From the NCBI GenBank assembly GCA_951406725.2, contig OX597826.1, positions 62,868,001-62,932,000 of the forward strand: a stretch of 64,000 nt of DNA. Reading direction: 5' to 3'. The stretch's first letter is position 1, and every line of letters begins with the position of its first letter. The notes beneath the pieces are model-generated. The model saw nothing but the letters and a program-made list of their open reading frames with translations, was not told where the DNA came from and did no database searches. The DNA comes from Octopus vulgaris. Its lineage: Eukaryota. Below are positions 44,613-54,859 of this stretch, piece after piece. A program made the position numbers and the translations under genes.

Positions 44613-45429
44613 GCTAATGGAAAAATTATTTAAACATCACAATGCAAAAATTCCGTTTCACTTTCACAAACTCCATTATAAAATGGAGTCTTTCAATGTA
44701 TATAACATCGTCATTATACACACATGGTGTTTTGTTAGAATATTCTATCGATTTTCAAGACAAACCAATAAATACAAATCTGATTTTAATCTGAGTTTGA
44801 AAAGTGTTTTGACATAAATTTCTATATTTCTGTGTCCCTGAGTAACTTTTGTCCTATTCTCATGCAATATATATACATAAATAAACGAATATACAAATAT
44901 ATATGTGTGTGTGTGTGTGTGTGTGTATGTGTGTGTGTGTGTGTGTACAGATATATACATATATTTATAATTACAGACACTCACTCATAGATAGATAGAT
45001 AGACAGACAGACAGATAGATACATAGATAGATAGATAGATACACAAACACAGACTTTTTTATAGTATGTATACACATGTATATATACATTATAATGTTTA
45101 AAATAAACATCTCGCAAATACAACATTTCTTTATAACATAATAAAAAGTCGTTATAAAAAGGGTAACGTCATTTTATGCAAATCATATTAAATTCGGTTG
45201 AAGCAGCCTATTTCACAATACCATATTCTTACAAGAAGAAACACAGAAACAATCATTTTCAATATCTTCATCTTATTTTCCTACATTCCCATGTTAATTC
45301 TATTGAATGATTGTTTGGTTTTATTCTGATTCATGCAGTAATTTTCTATTCAAGCTCCAGCTCTTTACTCGATGCTGATGAGGATATCACATCAGTTATT
45401 TATATAGGTACACACACACATATGAATGT

Positions 45430-45488
<59 letters not shown>

Positions 45489-45700
45489 GATATATATATA
45501 CATATATACACATAAATATATATACATATATATTTCGTTTTTGGATTTGGTTTAAGCATATTCTGCTGTGTCTAGGGAGAGTCATTTTCTTTTTTTGCCT
45601 TACCTCATAATTTAGCACACTCACCAGTAAAATTTCCGCCTATACCTTATTTTTATTTTCCTAAAATTTTAGTTGCATCTTGCAACATTTTCAATAGTCT

Positions 45701-45759
<59 letters not shown>

Positions 45760-46237
45760 AAAAAATGAAGTTCGAAAATGCTGCTGTATTATACAATTTT
45801 TTATTTTTATATATACATTATAACATGTTTCAGTTCCTGAAATGAACTTTATCAAAAAAAAGTTATATATAAAAAAAGACAGCTCATGCCGTCAAACACA
45901 AGAAATTCATTTATAATACACAACGGAGTCAGACATCTTAGAGTTCATGTATAGTTGATATATAGTTCATGTATAGTTGATATATAGTTTGAAGTATATG
46001 TTCAAAGTGTTCGATGCAGTGGCCCACGGTGGCGATACGTATTCAATACAAAAAACAGATCAAAGTGGTGGAAAGCGGTCAATACAGAAGATTGATGTTT
46101 CCGAAAGAGCGAGGAATTCATTTTTACCTTAAGCAAATGTGATGACCCATGGTGGATGTTCGCTGGGTGGTTCTAATGAGTTTTTGTGAAGTGCTCGGTT
46201 TTATAATGCCTGTTAAGTGGTCAATCCAGCGTACCGT

Positions 46238-46662
46238 GACGTCATCAACGTTTTGACCAATCGTTTCGTTAGGTGGCTTTAGTCAAGTAAAACGGGACGT
46301 CATCATTATTTTGACCAATCGCTGCATTATAACTGCCTCTTGTTTGTTTCCTGTTTTGACCAGTCGCTTCGTTAGTCAAGTAGAACGGGACGTCATCATT
46401 ATTTTGACCAATCGCTGCATTATAACTGCCTCTTGTTTGTTTCCTGTTTTGACCAGTCGCTTCGTTAGTCAAGCAGAACGGGACGTCATGCAGATTCTGC
46501 CCAATCACGACTTATAGCTACATTAGATCTGCCCCCTGTCTGTACTTGTTAGGTGACTATTCAAGCAGAAAAGGACGTCATCAATATTCTGACTAATGAC
46601 TGTCCCCTGTTTGTATCCTGTCCATTCTAGCTGAGCTAGACGTCATCAACTTGTTGACCAAT
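46238..46662. promoter_or_regulatory. Six GACGTCA-N12-CCAAT-like modules, partly in 93-bp tandem repeats, in the PLE 3' region
   Basis: GACGTCA at 46238, 46296, 46389, 46482, 46574 and 46639, each followed 12 nt later by CCAAT (CTAAT in the fifth). A regulatory function is inferred only. Confidence 0.45.
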
Positions 46663-46831
46663 CAGAATCGGGTCTGACCCTTAGCTGTATCGTATGTATC
46701 AGGGTCAGATTTGCACGAAAGAATTTTTTTCCTTTTTTACTTAGGCATATTTCCGTCAGAGTGAGTGTCTGTTTGAAGTAGCGGCCGTGGTGGAATTTTG
46801 CTTCTCCTTTTCGGAGGACTTATCTTTTGTT

Positions 46832-49129
46832 TTAGTATTCCTGGCCCAGGGTGTTTAAACTTGGTCTAAATTTTTTTATGAAATATAGTTCTTTATTTTG
46901 GCGTTGTGTGAAGGTTGCGTTGTCACTGAATTTATAGAGCGGGTTAGTTGTAAATTTCGGATTTACATTTCCAGCACATCTATCTATGTGTCCGCTGACC
47001 GGTATTTTGCGGTAATCAGGGTTTCTAATTTGTGATTTATGCACCGCCATCCTGTTACGTAAGCTATTTTTTGTATGGCCTATATACTGCCTATTGCAGC
47101 CTGCGCATGTTATGACGTAAATTAAGTTTTCTGATGCGCAGGTGAAGTTTGTTCTAATGGTGAACTGGTGGCCTTGTTCCAGTATAAATTCTGATCCTTC
47201 TTTCAAGATGACACAGATTCCGCAGTTGGGCCTTCCACATTTTCTAACTGCTGGTTTTGTGGTTGATGTTGAGTGCAGTGTAGCTTGGGTTAAAATCCTT
47301 TTCAAGGATTTTGGTTGCCGTTTACTTTTAATGATGGTGTGTGTTTCGAGGATCCGGTTCATCTTTGGGTCTCCCTTTAGTAGGGCTGTGCTTTGTAGTA
47401 TGGTGTTGAAGGCCTCATTGTTGAGTGGGTTGTGTGTAGAGATGTAGGGAAGGGTTTTTAATTGTTCTTTCTTTTTTGGTTTTGTTTGTTTCAGGTCTTC
47501 TATACTTAATTTAAGTACCCGTTGGATTGCACTGTCTATTAGGGGCTGTGGATAGTTTCTATTTGTGAGTGTGGTTCTAAGTTCCTGGAGACGTGTGTGT
47601 CGGGTGTTTGTGTCTGATATTATGGTGCAAATCCTTCTAGCTAAACAAAAAGGGACATTCATTCTAGTGTGTCGTGGGTGGCATGAATCAAAGGGTAGGT
47701 ACTGTTTAGAGTCTGTCGGTTTATAGTAGATATCTGTCTCTATTTTGTTGCCGGTTTTCTTAATGAGGATGTCTAAAAATGGTAATTCTTTTTCGTTGTG
47801 GTCCATCGTGAATTGTATATTGTCATTTATTCCATTTAATAGTATTTTAAATTCCTCAAGTTTCTCTATACCTTTGTCCCAGATGATGAAACAGTCATCG
47901 AGGTATCTTTTCCAGTTGTTATGGATATAGGTGGCGAAGGTGTTTCCATATTTCTCGAGTGTCATCCGGTATAGTATTTTCTCGAGGTATCCCATCACTA
48001 GGTTGGCAAAAGATGGTGCAGTACGCGTGCCCATCGCTGTTCCCGATCTTTGCCTGTAGAAATCATTGTCAAAAATAAAATAATTCTTCTCTAAAATGAA
48101 TCTAAGTCCTTCTATTATAAGGTCTTTGTTGATGCGAGTTGGGAGTTCAAAGGGGTAGTTATTCAGCCAGAAGGTGATCGCTTCTATTCCTAGGTTGTGA
48201 GGGATGTTAGAATAAAGATTAACTACGTCGAATGATACTAGAAGGGTTTTCTCATTGACTGTTTTAGGGAGGTGGTTGAGCATATCTATATCGTCTCTTA
48301 CGTAGCTTTTGATGTGTTTTAGGAAAGGTTTAAGAAGTGTGTCTAAGAAATTGCTGAGGCGGTGAGTTTCACATGCTGGTCCTGCTATTATCGGTCTTAG
48401 TTTAAGATCATTTGGTGAAGGGATTTTGATGAGTGTGTCGGTGGATGTTTTGCACGTTTCTCTAATGGTTTGGCTTTTGTGTACCTTAGGGATACCATAG
48501 AACAAACTCGATTTGCATTTGAAGTTAGTGATGTATTCATACTCCTTGTTCGTGAGTCCTTCTTGGTATGTGTTGATTAATGTCCTAAGGTTATGCATTA
48601 TTTTTTGCTGGTTATACTGTTGGGCCCTTTCATAATACGTTTCATCTCTTAATAGGGATAGCACTAAATTTTTATAATTGTTTGTATTCATTATTACTAT
48701 CGCGTTGCCCTTATCTGCTTTCTTAATTGTTATTGTTTTGTCTTCTCTTAGTTTGATGAGGTCGTTCCATTCTCTTTTGTTGAAGTTAGGGCTGTGTTTT
48801 TGTTTCTTGATGAATTGAAACGGGAAATTAGTTATGTAGTCACAATAGCGGTCTAAGGCTTTATTCTTACCTTTGGTGGGGGTGTAATTGCTCTTGTTTC
48901 TAGCTATTGAGTCCTCCTCTATTTGTTTGTCTTGAAATGTCTCGGTGAGTCTTAGTTTTCTGCAAAATTCCGAAATATCATCTTTCATTTCATAGTAATT
49001 AGAACGTTGTGGGGTGGGTGTAAATTTAAGTCCTTTGGAGAGTATGCTTATTTCGTTAGGTGTAAGTTCTTTGTTTGAGAGATTGATTATCTTAATTACC
49101 TGAGGTTTCTTTTGTTTGTCCTTTGCCAT
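46832..49129 (-). CDS. PLE reverse transcriptase + GIY-YIG endonuclease (765 aa, uninterrupted)
   Basis: IINLS..LT..E..IL.KGL.F.P N-terminal motif, KADKG, FYGIPKVHK, LRPII, SFDVVNLY, QRSGTAMG, WKRYLDD, LPFLD, YYKPTD, linker CGRPNCGIC (Neptune-type Cys motif), and NLIYVITCAGC..QYIGHT...R...H GIY-YIG. Confidence 0.95.
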   Translation of the reverse strand: MAKDKQKKPQVIKIINLSNKELTPNEISILSKGLKFTPTPQRSNYYEMKDDISEFCRKLRLTETFQDKQIEEDSIARNKSNYTPTKGKNKALDRYCDYITNFPFQFIKKQKHSPNFNKREWNDLIKLREDKTITIKKADKGNAIVIMNTNNYKNLVLSLLRDETYYERAQQYNQQKIMHNLRTLINTYQEGLTNKEYEYITNFKCKSSLFYGIPKVHKSQTIRETCKTSTDTLIKIPSPNDLKLRPIIAGPACETHRLSNFLDTLLKPFLKHIKSYVRDDIDMLNHLPKTVNEKTLLVSFDVVNLYSNIPHNLGIEAITFWLNNYPFELPTRINKDLIIEGLRFILEKNYFIFDNDFYRQRSGTAMGTRTAPSFANLVMGYLEKILYRMTLEKYGNTFATYIHNNWKRYLDDCFIIWDKGIEKLEEFKILLNGINDNIQFTMDHNEKELPFLDILIKKTGNKIETDIYYKPTDSKQYLPFDSCHPRHTRMNVPFCLARRICTIISDTNTRHTRLQELRTTLTNRNYPQPLIDSAIQRVLKLSIEDLKQTKPKKKEQLKTLPYISTHNPLNNEAFNTILQSTALLKGDPKMNRILETHTIIKSKRQPKSLKRILTQATLHSTSTTKPAVRKCGRPNCGICVILKEGSEFILEQGHQFTIRTNFTCASENLIYVITCAGCNRQYIGHTKNSLRNRMAVHKSQIRNPDYRKIPVSGHIDRCAGNVNPKFTTNPLYKFSDNATFTQRQNKELYFIKKFRPSLNTLGQEY

Positions 49130-49642
49130 CGTGTGTCTCTGTTCCTGTGTGTGGGGTCTAAAAAATGGTTGGTGTAGTTATGTTCAAAGCTATTATTTAT
49201 CTGTCTCATGTTATAATTGTCAGAGTGAGTTTGTGGTGCTCTGTTCTGGAGTCTGTTGTTGAACCTAGTGTTCCGTCTTAGTTCCTCAGGTATATTGTGT
49301 TGGTAGTTGTTTCCTCCGTAGTGCATTTGTTGTTTGTTATGGTTGTATGGTTGGTTCCTGGGGTGGATGTTTGGTAGTAGCGTTTTGGTTTGGTTATGTG
49401 GGTTGTATTTTATAGTATTGTATGTTGTGGCTCTTAGGTTCGTGGAATGGTGTGGTGGGACCCTATAAGTGTTTTGGGGTTGGTGTAGGTAGTGTGGGGT
49501 GCGTTTTAAATGCATTTTTCTGGTGTAGAGTGTGTTTGGATTTCTTGGTGGTTGTTCTGCTCTGTTGGTATGTCTATTTTCGAACTGGTGTGGTGGGCTT
49601 CTGTAGGTGTTTTGGGGTTGGTGTAGGTAGTGTGGGGTGTGT
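49096..49642 (-). CDS. Upstream ORF1 of the PLE, Q/N/H/P/T/Y-rich, 5'-truncated
   Basis: The frame of ORF 49096-49515 stays open upstream to the junction at about 49642. It contains TPHYLHQPQNTYR(S/V)PPH twice and overlaps the RT ORF, which lies in the -1 frame. Confidence 0.6.
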
Positions 49643-49784
49643 ATATATAAACATCTTATAATTAAGGGCTAAAGAAGGTTATTCTAAAGCCAATACATTG
49701 ATTTATCCACTTATAATCCACTTGTTACAGGAAAATTGAACTGAAAGCGGGCAACTAACCTTTAGAAAATTTAAATTTCATTAT

Positions 49785-49844
49785 CCCTATATTGAATCAA
49801 TTTCGGAATTAATCCCATAAAGGATACATTCGTCGTCAGTAGAG
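49785..49844 (-). ncRNA. Type I hammerhead ribozyme motif, copy 1
   Basis: CUCUA-CUGACGA-CGAAU GU AUCC UUUAUG GGAU UA AUUCC-GAAA-UUGA U UCAA-UA-UAGGG, with an AUA cleavage triplet. The 10.1-11.1 pair is mismatched. Confidence 0.7.
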
Positions 49845-50271
49845 CTTACAAGGGAATATAAATAAAATACTCACATGTGATCATGGAAAAAGCAGAAGCT
49901 AAAAACACAGCTACATTTAAGTACATCATTTATTTCTAAAAATAAAAATTCCTTGGTCAGTCTCAGAACAACGTGTTGACCTTTCGCCGCTACATATTGT
50001 AATGGTTACCGGTCCCCTTGTAACAAGCAGTGAGTTTACTACTAACAATATAGGATGAAGTCCCTTTCTCTACAGAAAAGGACTCCATCAAAAAGCGTGG
50101 CAGTATATTAAAAAAAACCTTTACGGTTGAAGTATAAACATCTTATAATTAAGGGATAAAGAATGTTATTCTAAAGCCAATACATTGATTTATCCACTTA
50201 TAATCCACTTGTTACAGGAAAATTGAACTGAAAGCGGGCAACTAACCTTTAGAAAATTTAAATTTCGTTAT

Positions 50272-50331
50272 CTCTATATTGAATCAATTTCGGGATTAAT
50301 CCCATAAAGGATACATTCGTCGTCAGTAGAG
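50272..50331 (-). ncRNA. Type I hammerhead ribozyme motif, copy 2
   Basis: As copy 1, with a perfect helix I CUCUA/UAGAG. Confidence 0.7.
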
Positions 50332-50669
50332 CTTACGAGGGAATATAAATAAAATACTCACATGTGATCATGGAAAAAGCAGAAGCTAAAAACACGACTA
50401 CATTTAAGTACATCATTTATATCTAAAAATAAAAATTTCTGTAGAGAAAGGGACTTCATCCTATATTGTTAGTAGTAAACTCACTGCTTGTTACAAGGGG
50501 ACCGGTAACCATTACAATATGTAGCGGCGAAAGGTCAACACGTTGTTCTGAGACTGACCAAGGAATTTTTATTTTTAGATATAAATGATGTACTTAAATG
50601 TAGTTGTGTTTTTAGTTTCTGCTTTTTCCATGATCACATGTGAGTATTTTATTTATATTCCCTCGTAAG

Positions 50670-50730
50670 CTCTACTGAAGAAGAATATATCCTTTATAGG
50701 GATTAATTCCGAAATTGATTCAATATAGAG
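50670..50730 (+). ncRNA. Type I hammerhead ribozyme motif, copy 3 (inverted)
   Basis: CUCUA-CUGAAGA-AGAAU...AUUCC-GAAA-UUGAUUCAA-UA-UAGAG. Confidence 0.65.
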
Positions 50731-52098
50731 ATAACGAAATTTAAATTTTCTAAAGGTTAGTTGCCCGCTTTCAGTTCAATTTTCCTGTAACAAGTGGATT
50801 ATAAGTGAATAAATCAGTGTATTGGCTATAGATTAACCTTCTTTATCCCTTAATTATAAGATGTTTATACTTCAACCGTAAAGGGTTTTTTTAATATACT
50901 GCCACGCTTTTTGATGGAATCCTTTTCTGTAGAGAAAGGGACTTCATCCTATATTGTTAGTAGTGTATATATATATATGTGTGTGTGTGGACCTTTCATG
51001 ATATTACTGTAAGGATTTCCTGATTTGCACCCGTCTATGACGTATGACTATGAACTTCAATCACAGGGTTATCTTGGTTTTTATGAGAAATTTATATATT
51101 TATGTAATCTCTTTTATATAAATAAGCTAAATATCACTTGATACCTTGCAAATGCCTGTTCACTGCATATACACACACATGTAAATTAGCATACATATAC
51201 TTTATATAAATATATATATATCACATTATTATATATCTATACATATATAATGTATATTATATCATATATGTATAGATGTATCTTTATACATATATATATA
51301 TATATATCTGTATGTATACATGCATATATGAATACATACATATATATATACATGTATAGTTACGTATATGTATACCTATGTGTACATATATATATACATA
51401 AGTATATGTATATATATACATATATGAATATGTATATATGTATATATATATATATAAATGTGTATATGTATATACATACATACATACATACATACATACA
51501 TACATACATACATACATACATACATACATACATACATACATACGTACGTACATACATATATATTTACTTGTGTGCATTGCTTATGTTTTCATCTAAGTAC
51601 ATATATGTATGAAAGCATGTGTGGATATATCGGGTATGCACATATCTTAAATATTATTGAATAAATGATATTGAATAATAAATACGCAATGTGAATATGC
51701 GTGAAATACTAGGTCCTTCCATAGTATGGCGTTTCATAGTTTTCCTTTGGTTTTTCTCTGGGTTTATATTTTTTTTTAATTTTCTTTCTATATTTCATTT
51801 ACATTACTTCATTCTTCATTCCCTGAAGCAACCTCCCATTATTAACAATCTAGCCACACTGCCTCGGCTCCCAACCTACTCCACCCCTTACTATTAACAG
51901 TTTCTTTCTCACCGTGTTTAATATATATTTTTTCACGCGACTCTCTAAATCTATATCACATATTCCATATTCATTTTTCTACTATACATATATATATGTA
52001 TGTATGCATGTATGTATATACATATTATGTATATATATATATATGTATATATATGTATGTATGTATATACATATATGTGTATATATATATATGTATAC

Positions 52099-52134
<36 letters not shown>

Positions 52135-52162
52135 CATATTTATATATATATACATATGCATA

Positions 52163-52249
<87 letters not shown>

Positions 52250-52829
52250 TTATACACACACATATATATATAGTATAAACTGAACATGCAGTGGGATGCA
52301 GATTTAGAGAGGTGGTGTGAAAAGATATATATTATATTATTATATATCATATGTTATATATATATACATATATGATCGTTGCCTTTTCCTCATTTATCTT
52401 CTTTCTCCCTCTTTTACCTCTTCTCCTTTACAGAGTATATTTCTTCCGTTCCTTTCTCACACATTTTGTTCGATATTTATCATTTATAAATCTATTTTTT
52501 ACGTACATTTTCGTCAATATAATTCCATATGTATATTTTTTGTGTGTTTGATATATTTCATGTGCTTTAAAACAATATTTTCATGGTCGCTTGTTAGCGT
52601 GCATAGTCAGATATAGCGAGTGTTTACATGTCTTTTGTTTGCGTTTTAAATTCTGTGTATGCGTGCGCCTGTCTGCGTATATATTTGTACGTCTGTACTT
52701 GCATGCATTTGCATATCTAATGTCACTGCATATATGTATGAAATAAATGACGCTGTGCGTGTCTCAATTTAATATTCTGTAAGGCTTGTATAAATACAGA
52801 CATATACATATATACACATATATATACTC

Positions 52830-52890
<61 letters not shown>

Positions 52891-53237
52891 CGTATGTATA
52901 TAACACATACATTATATATTCATGTATATATATATATAAATATATATATGTATATAAATATATATATATATATATATATGTGTGTGTATATATATATATA
53001 TATGTATATAAATTTTTAAATTGTCATACAAAACTTGCCATAAAAACATTAATACGCGTGCATACATCCATGTATGTGTCTATGTGTGTGTGTGCTTGTG
53101 TGCGTGTCTGTGTTTGTGCTGACGTGTTTGTGTCTATATGTGCATGTATATGCCATAATTTTTACTTTTATACTTTTATTGTTTTATACGAATCAAATAT
53201 TCTAGCATGTTTGTCTGTTCATTATTATGTGACCTGT

Positions 53238-53454
53238 TGAAGGCGGCGAGCTGGCAGAATCTTTAGTTCGATGGACGAAATACTTAGCTGTATTTCGCCC
53301 GTCGCTCCTTTCTGAGTTCAAATTCCGCCGTGGTTCGCTTTGCCACCCATCTTTTCGCATTGATAAATTAAGTACCTGTTCAACACTGGGGTCGGTCTAA
53401 TCGACTCATCCCCTCCCCCAAAAAATTGCTGCCCTTGTGGAACAAATTTGGAAC
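53238..53454 (+). mobile_element. SINE family D copy with imperfect 18-bp TSD
   Basis: AAGGCGGCGAGCTGGCAGAATC head. CATTATTATG(TG/AA)ACCTGT at 53220-53237 and 53455-53472. Confidence 0.85.
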
Positions 53455-54187
53455 CATTATTATGAAACCTGTAGATAGATATGCAAGTCATTTTATAATG
53501 AACATCTTATAATTCAAAAATGATGTCCTCTCAATTAAGGTGCTAAGTAGTAAATTTTGTTAATTCTGGCATGGTGAGTATAATGAGTAGAGGAAATTAA
53601 AATCTTGGAATGTTTAATTTAAAATGATAATAGAAACAAACTTTTAGTTATTGCATGCAGTCGTCTATAATATTAATGCATATTTGTGAACGAATATATA
53701 ATATGAACCAACACAACATCGTATATAAAAAATCATACAGGGATGAAAACCTGTTTTCACTTTGAAAAATTAATCAAGTCTGAAAGAATTATTTTTTCAC
53801 CAAATTTTAATAAATATTATATTATACCGTCCATACCTTTATGGAAAAAATACATATAAATTTAGTCATTTATAGGTTGTTGTTATTTTTTGCTTTTAAA
53901 ATTAATCAGCATTTATTTAGTGGTAGTATAATTACAACATAAACAAAACACAAAATATAGAACCAAGACCGTAAATTAATTTAAAAATTCAAGCTTTTAT
54001 ATCTCTAAGGATTTTTATGCTAAATTATATATTACAAAAACATTAACTGGTATATTCATAGACATGCATAAATACATACGTACATACATGCCTACATGCA
54101 CACTCGCACGCACACACCCATACACATGTTGGAATATATATAACATACATATAATATATATAATTATATATATGTATGTAAGAATTT

Positions 54188-54231
<44 letters not shown>

Positions 54232-54232
54232 C

Positions 54233-54270
<38 letters not shown>

Positions 54271-54271
<1 letters not shown>

Positions 54272-54422
54272 GGCGCAGGCGTGGCTAAGTGACATGAAGC
54301 TTCCTTCCCAACTACATAGTTCCGGGTTCAGTTCCACCTTGTGGCATCTTCTACTGTAGCCTCGGGTCGACCACAGCCTTGTGAGTGGATTTGATATCGG
54401 AAACTGAAAGAAGCCTGTTGTA
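54271..54422 (+). mobile_element. SINE family A, 5' half only
   Basis: AGGCGCAGGCGTGGCT...CCGGGTTCAGTTCC...GGAAACTGAAAGAAGCC, ending at the internal TA microsatellite. Confidence 0.75.
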
Positions 54423-54859
54423 TATATATATATATAAACGTGCGGTGATCTTTCTGGCTGGGGAAGAAATGACCAAAATTTCTTCTCACATACATTTTTG
54501 AATCAAATTGACATGTTCATATTATACAGTTATTTTTTTTTAATCACATTTTATATTAAGGATGTTCTGTAATTTGAAAAAGCCTAAAATATTAGTTGAA
54601 TAAACACAGAAAACTATGTGCGTGTTATCTTTTCACCGTTTTTCTGATGGAAGCAGAATGTCAAATTGCTTTCCTTTTCCTATGTAAGTGTTACATAGCA
54701 ACATAAGATTATACATATCAGAGGTATTGCGAATTGACAGAAACTTAATCTAAGCGTATAAGTATATATTATCATCTAAAACTGTTCATCAACTCTTACA
54801 AGAAGAAAATTGTCTTTGAGGCATTTTTATCGGAAAGATGTTATAATATTACACCGAAA

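Larger units (their letters stand above)
45757..49642 (-). mobile_element. Penelope-like retroelement (Neptune-like), 5'-truncated within ORF1, 3' end in (TA)n
   Basis: Intact RT-EN ORF, an upstream overlapping ORF, and a ~1.07-kb 3' region with tandem repeats and a degenerate HHR at about 45817-45860, ending at (TA)n. Confidence 0.88.
49646..50964. repeat. Array of a ~488-bp HHR-containing monomer: tandem copies plus an inverted copy
   Basis: Monomer at about 49646-50133, partial direct copy 50134-50437, inverted copy 50438-50925 and a further 38-bp inverted start 50927-50964. The copies differ by only a few substitutions. Confidence 0.92.

Noticed and set aside
47142-47930. Plus-strand ORFs inside the PLE (also 783-1058, 22165-22878, 55004-55501, 63145-63586)
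   Set aside because: Antisense shadows of transposon coding sequence.
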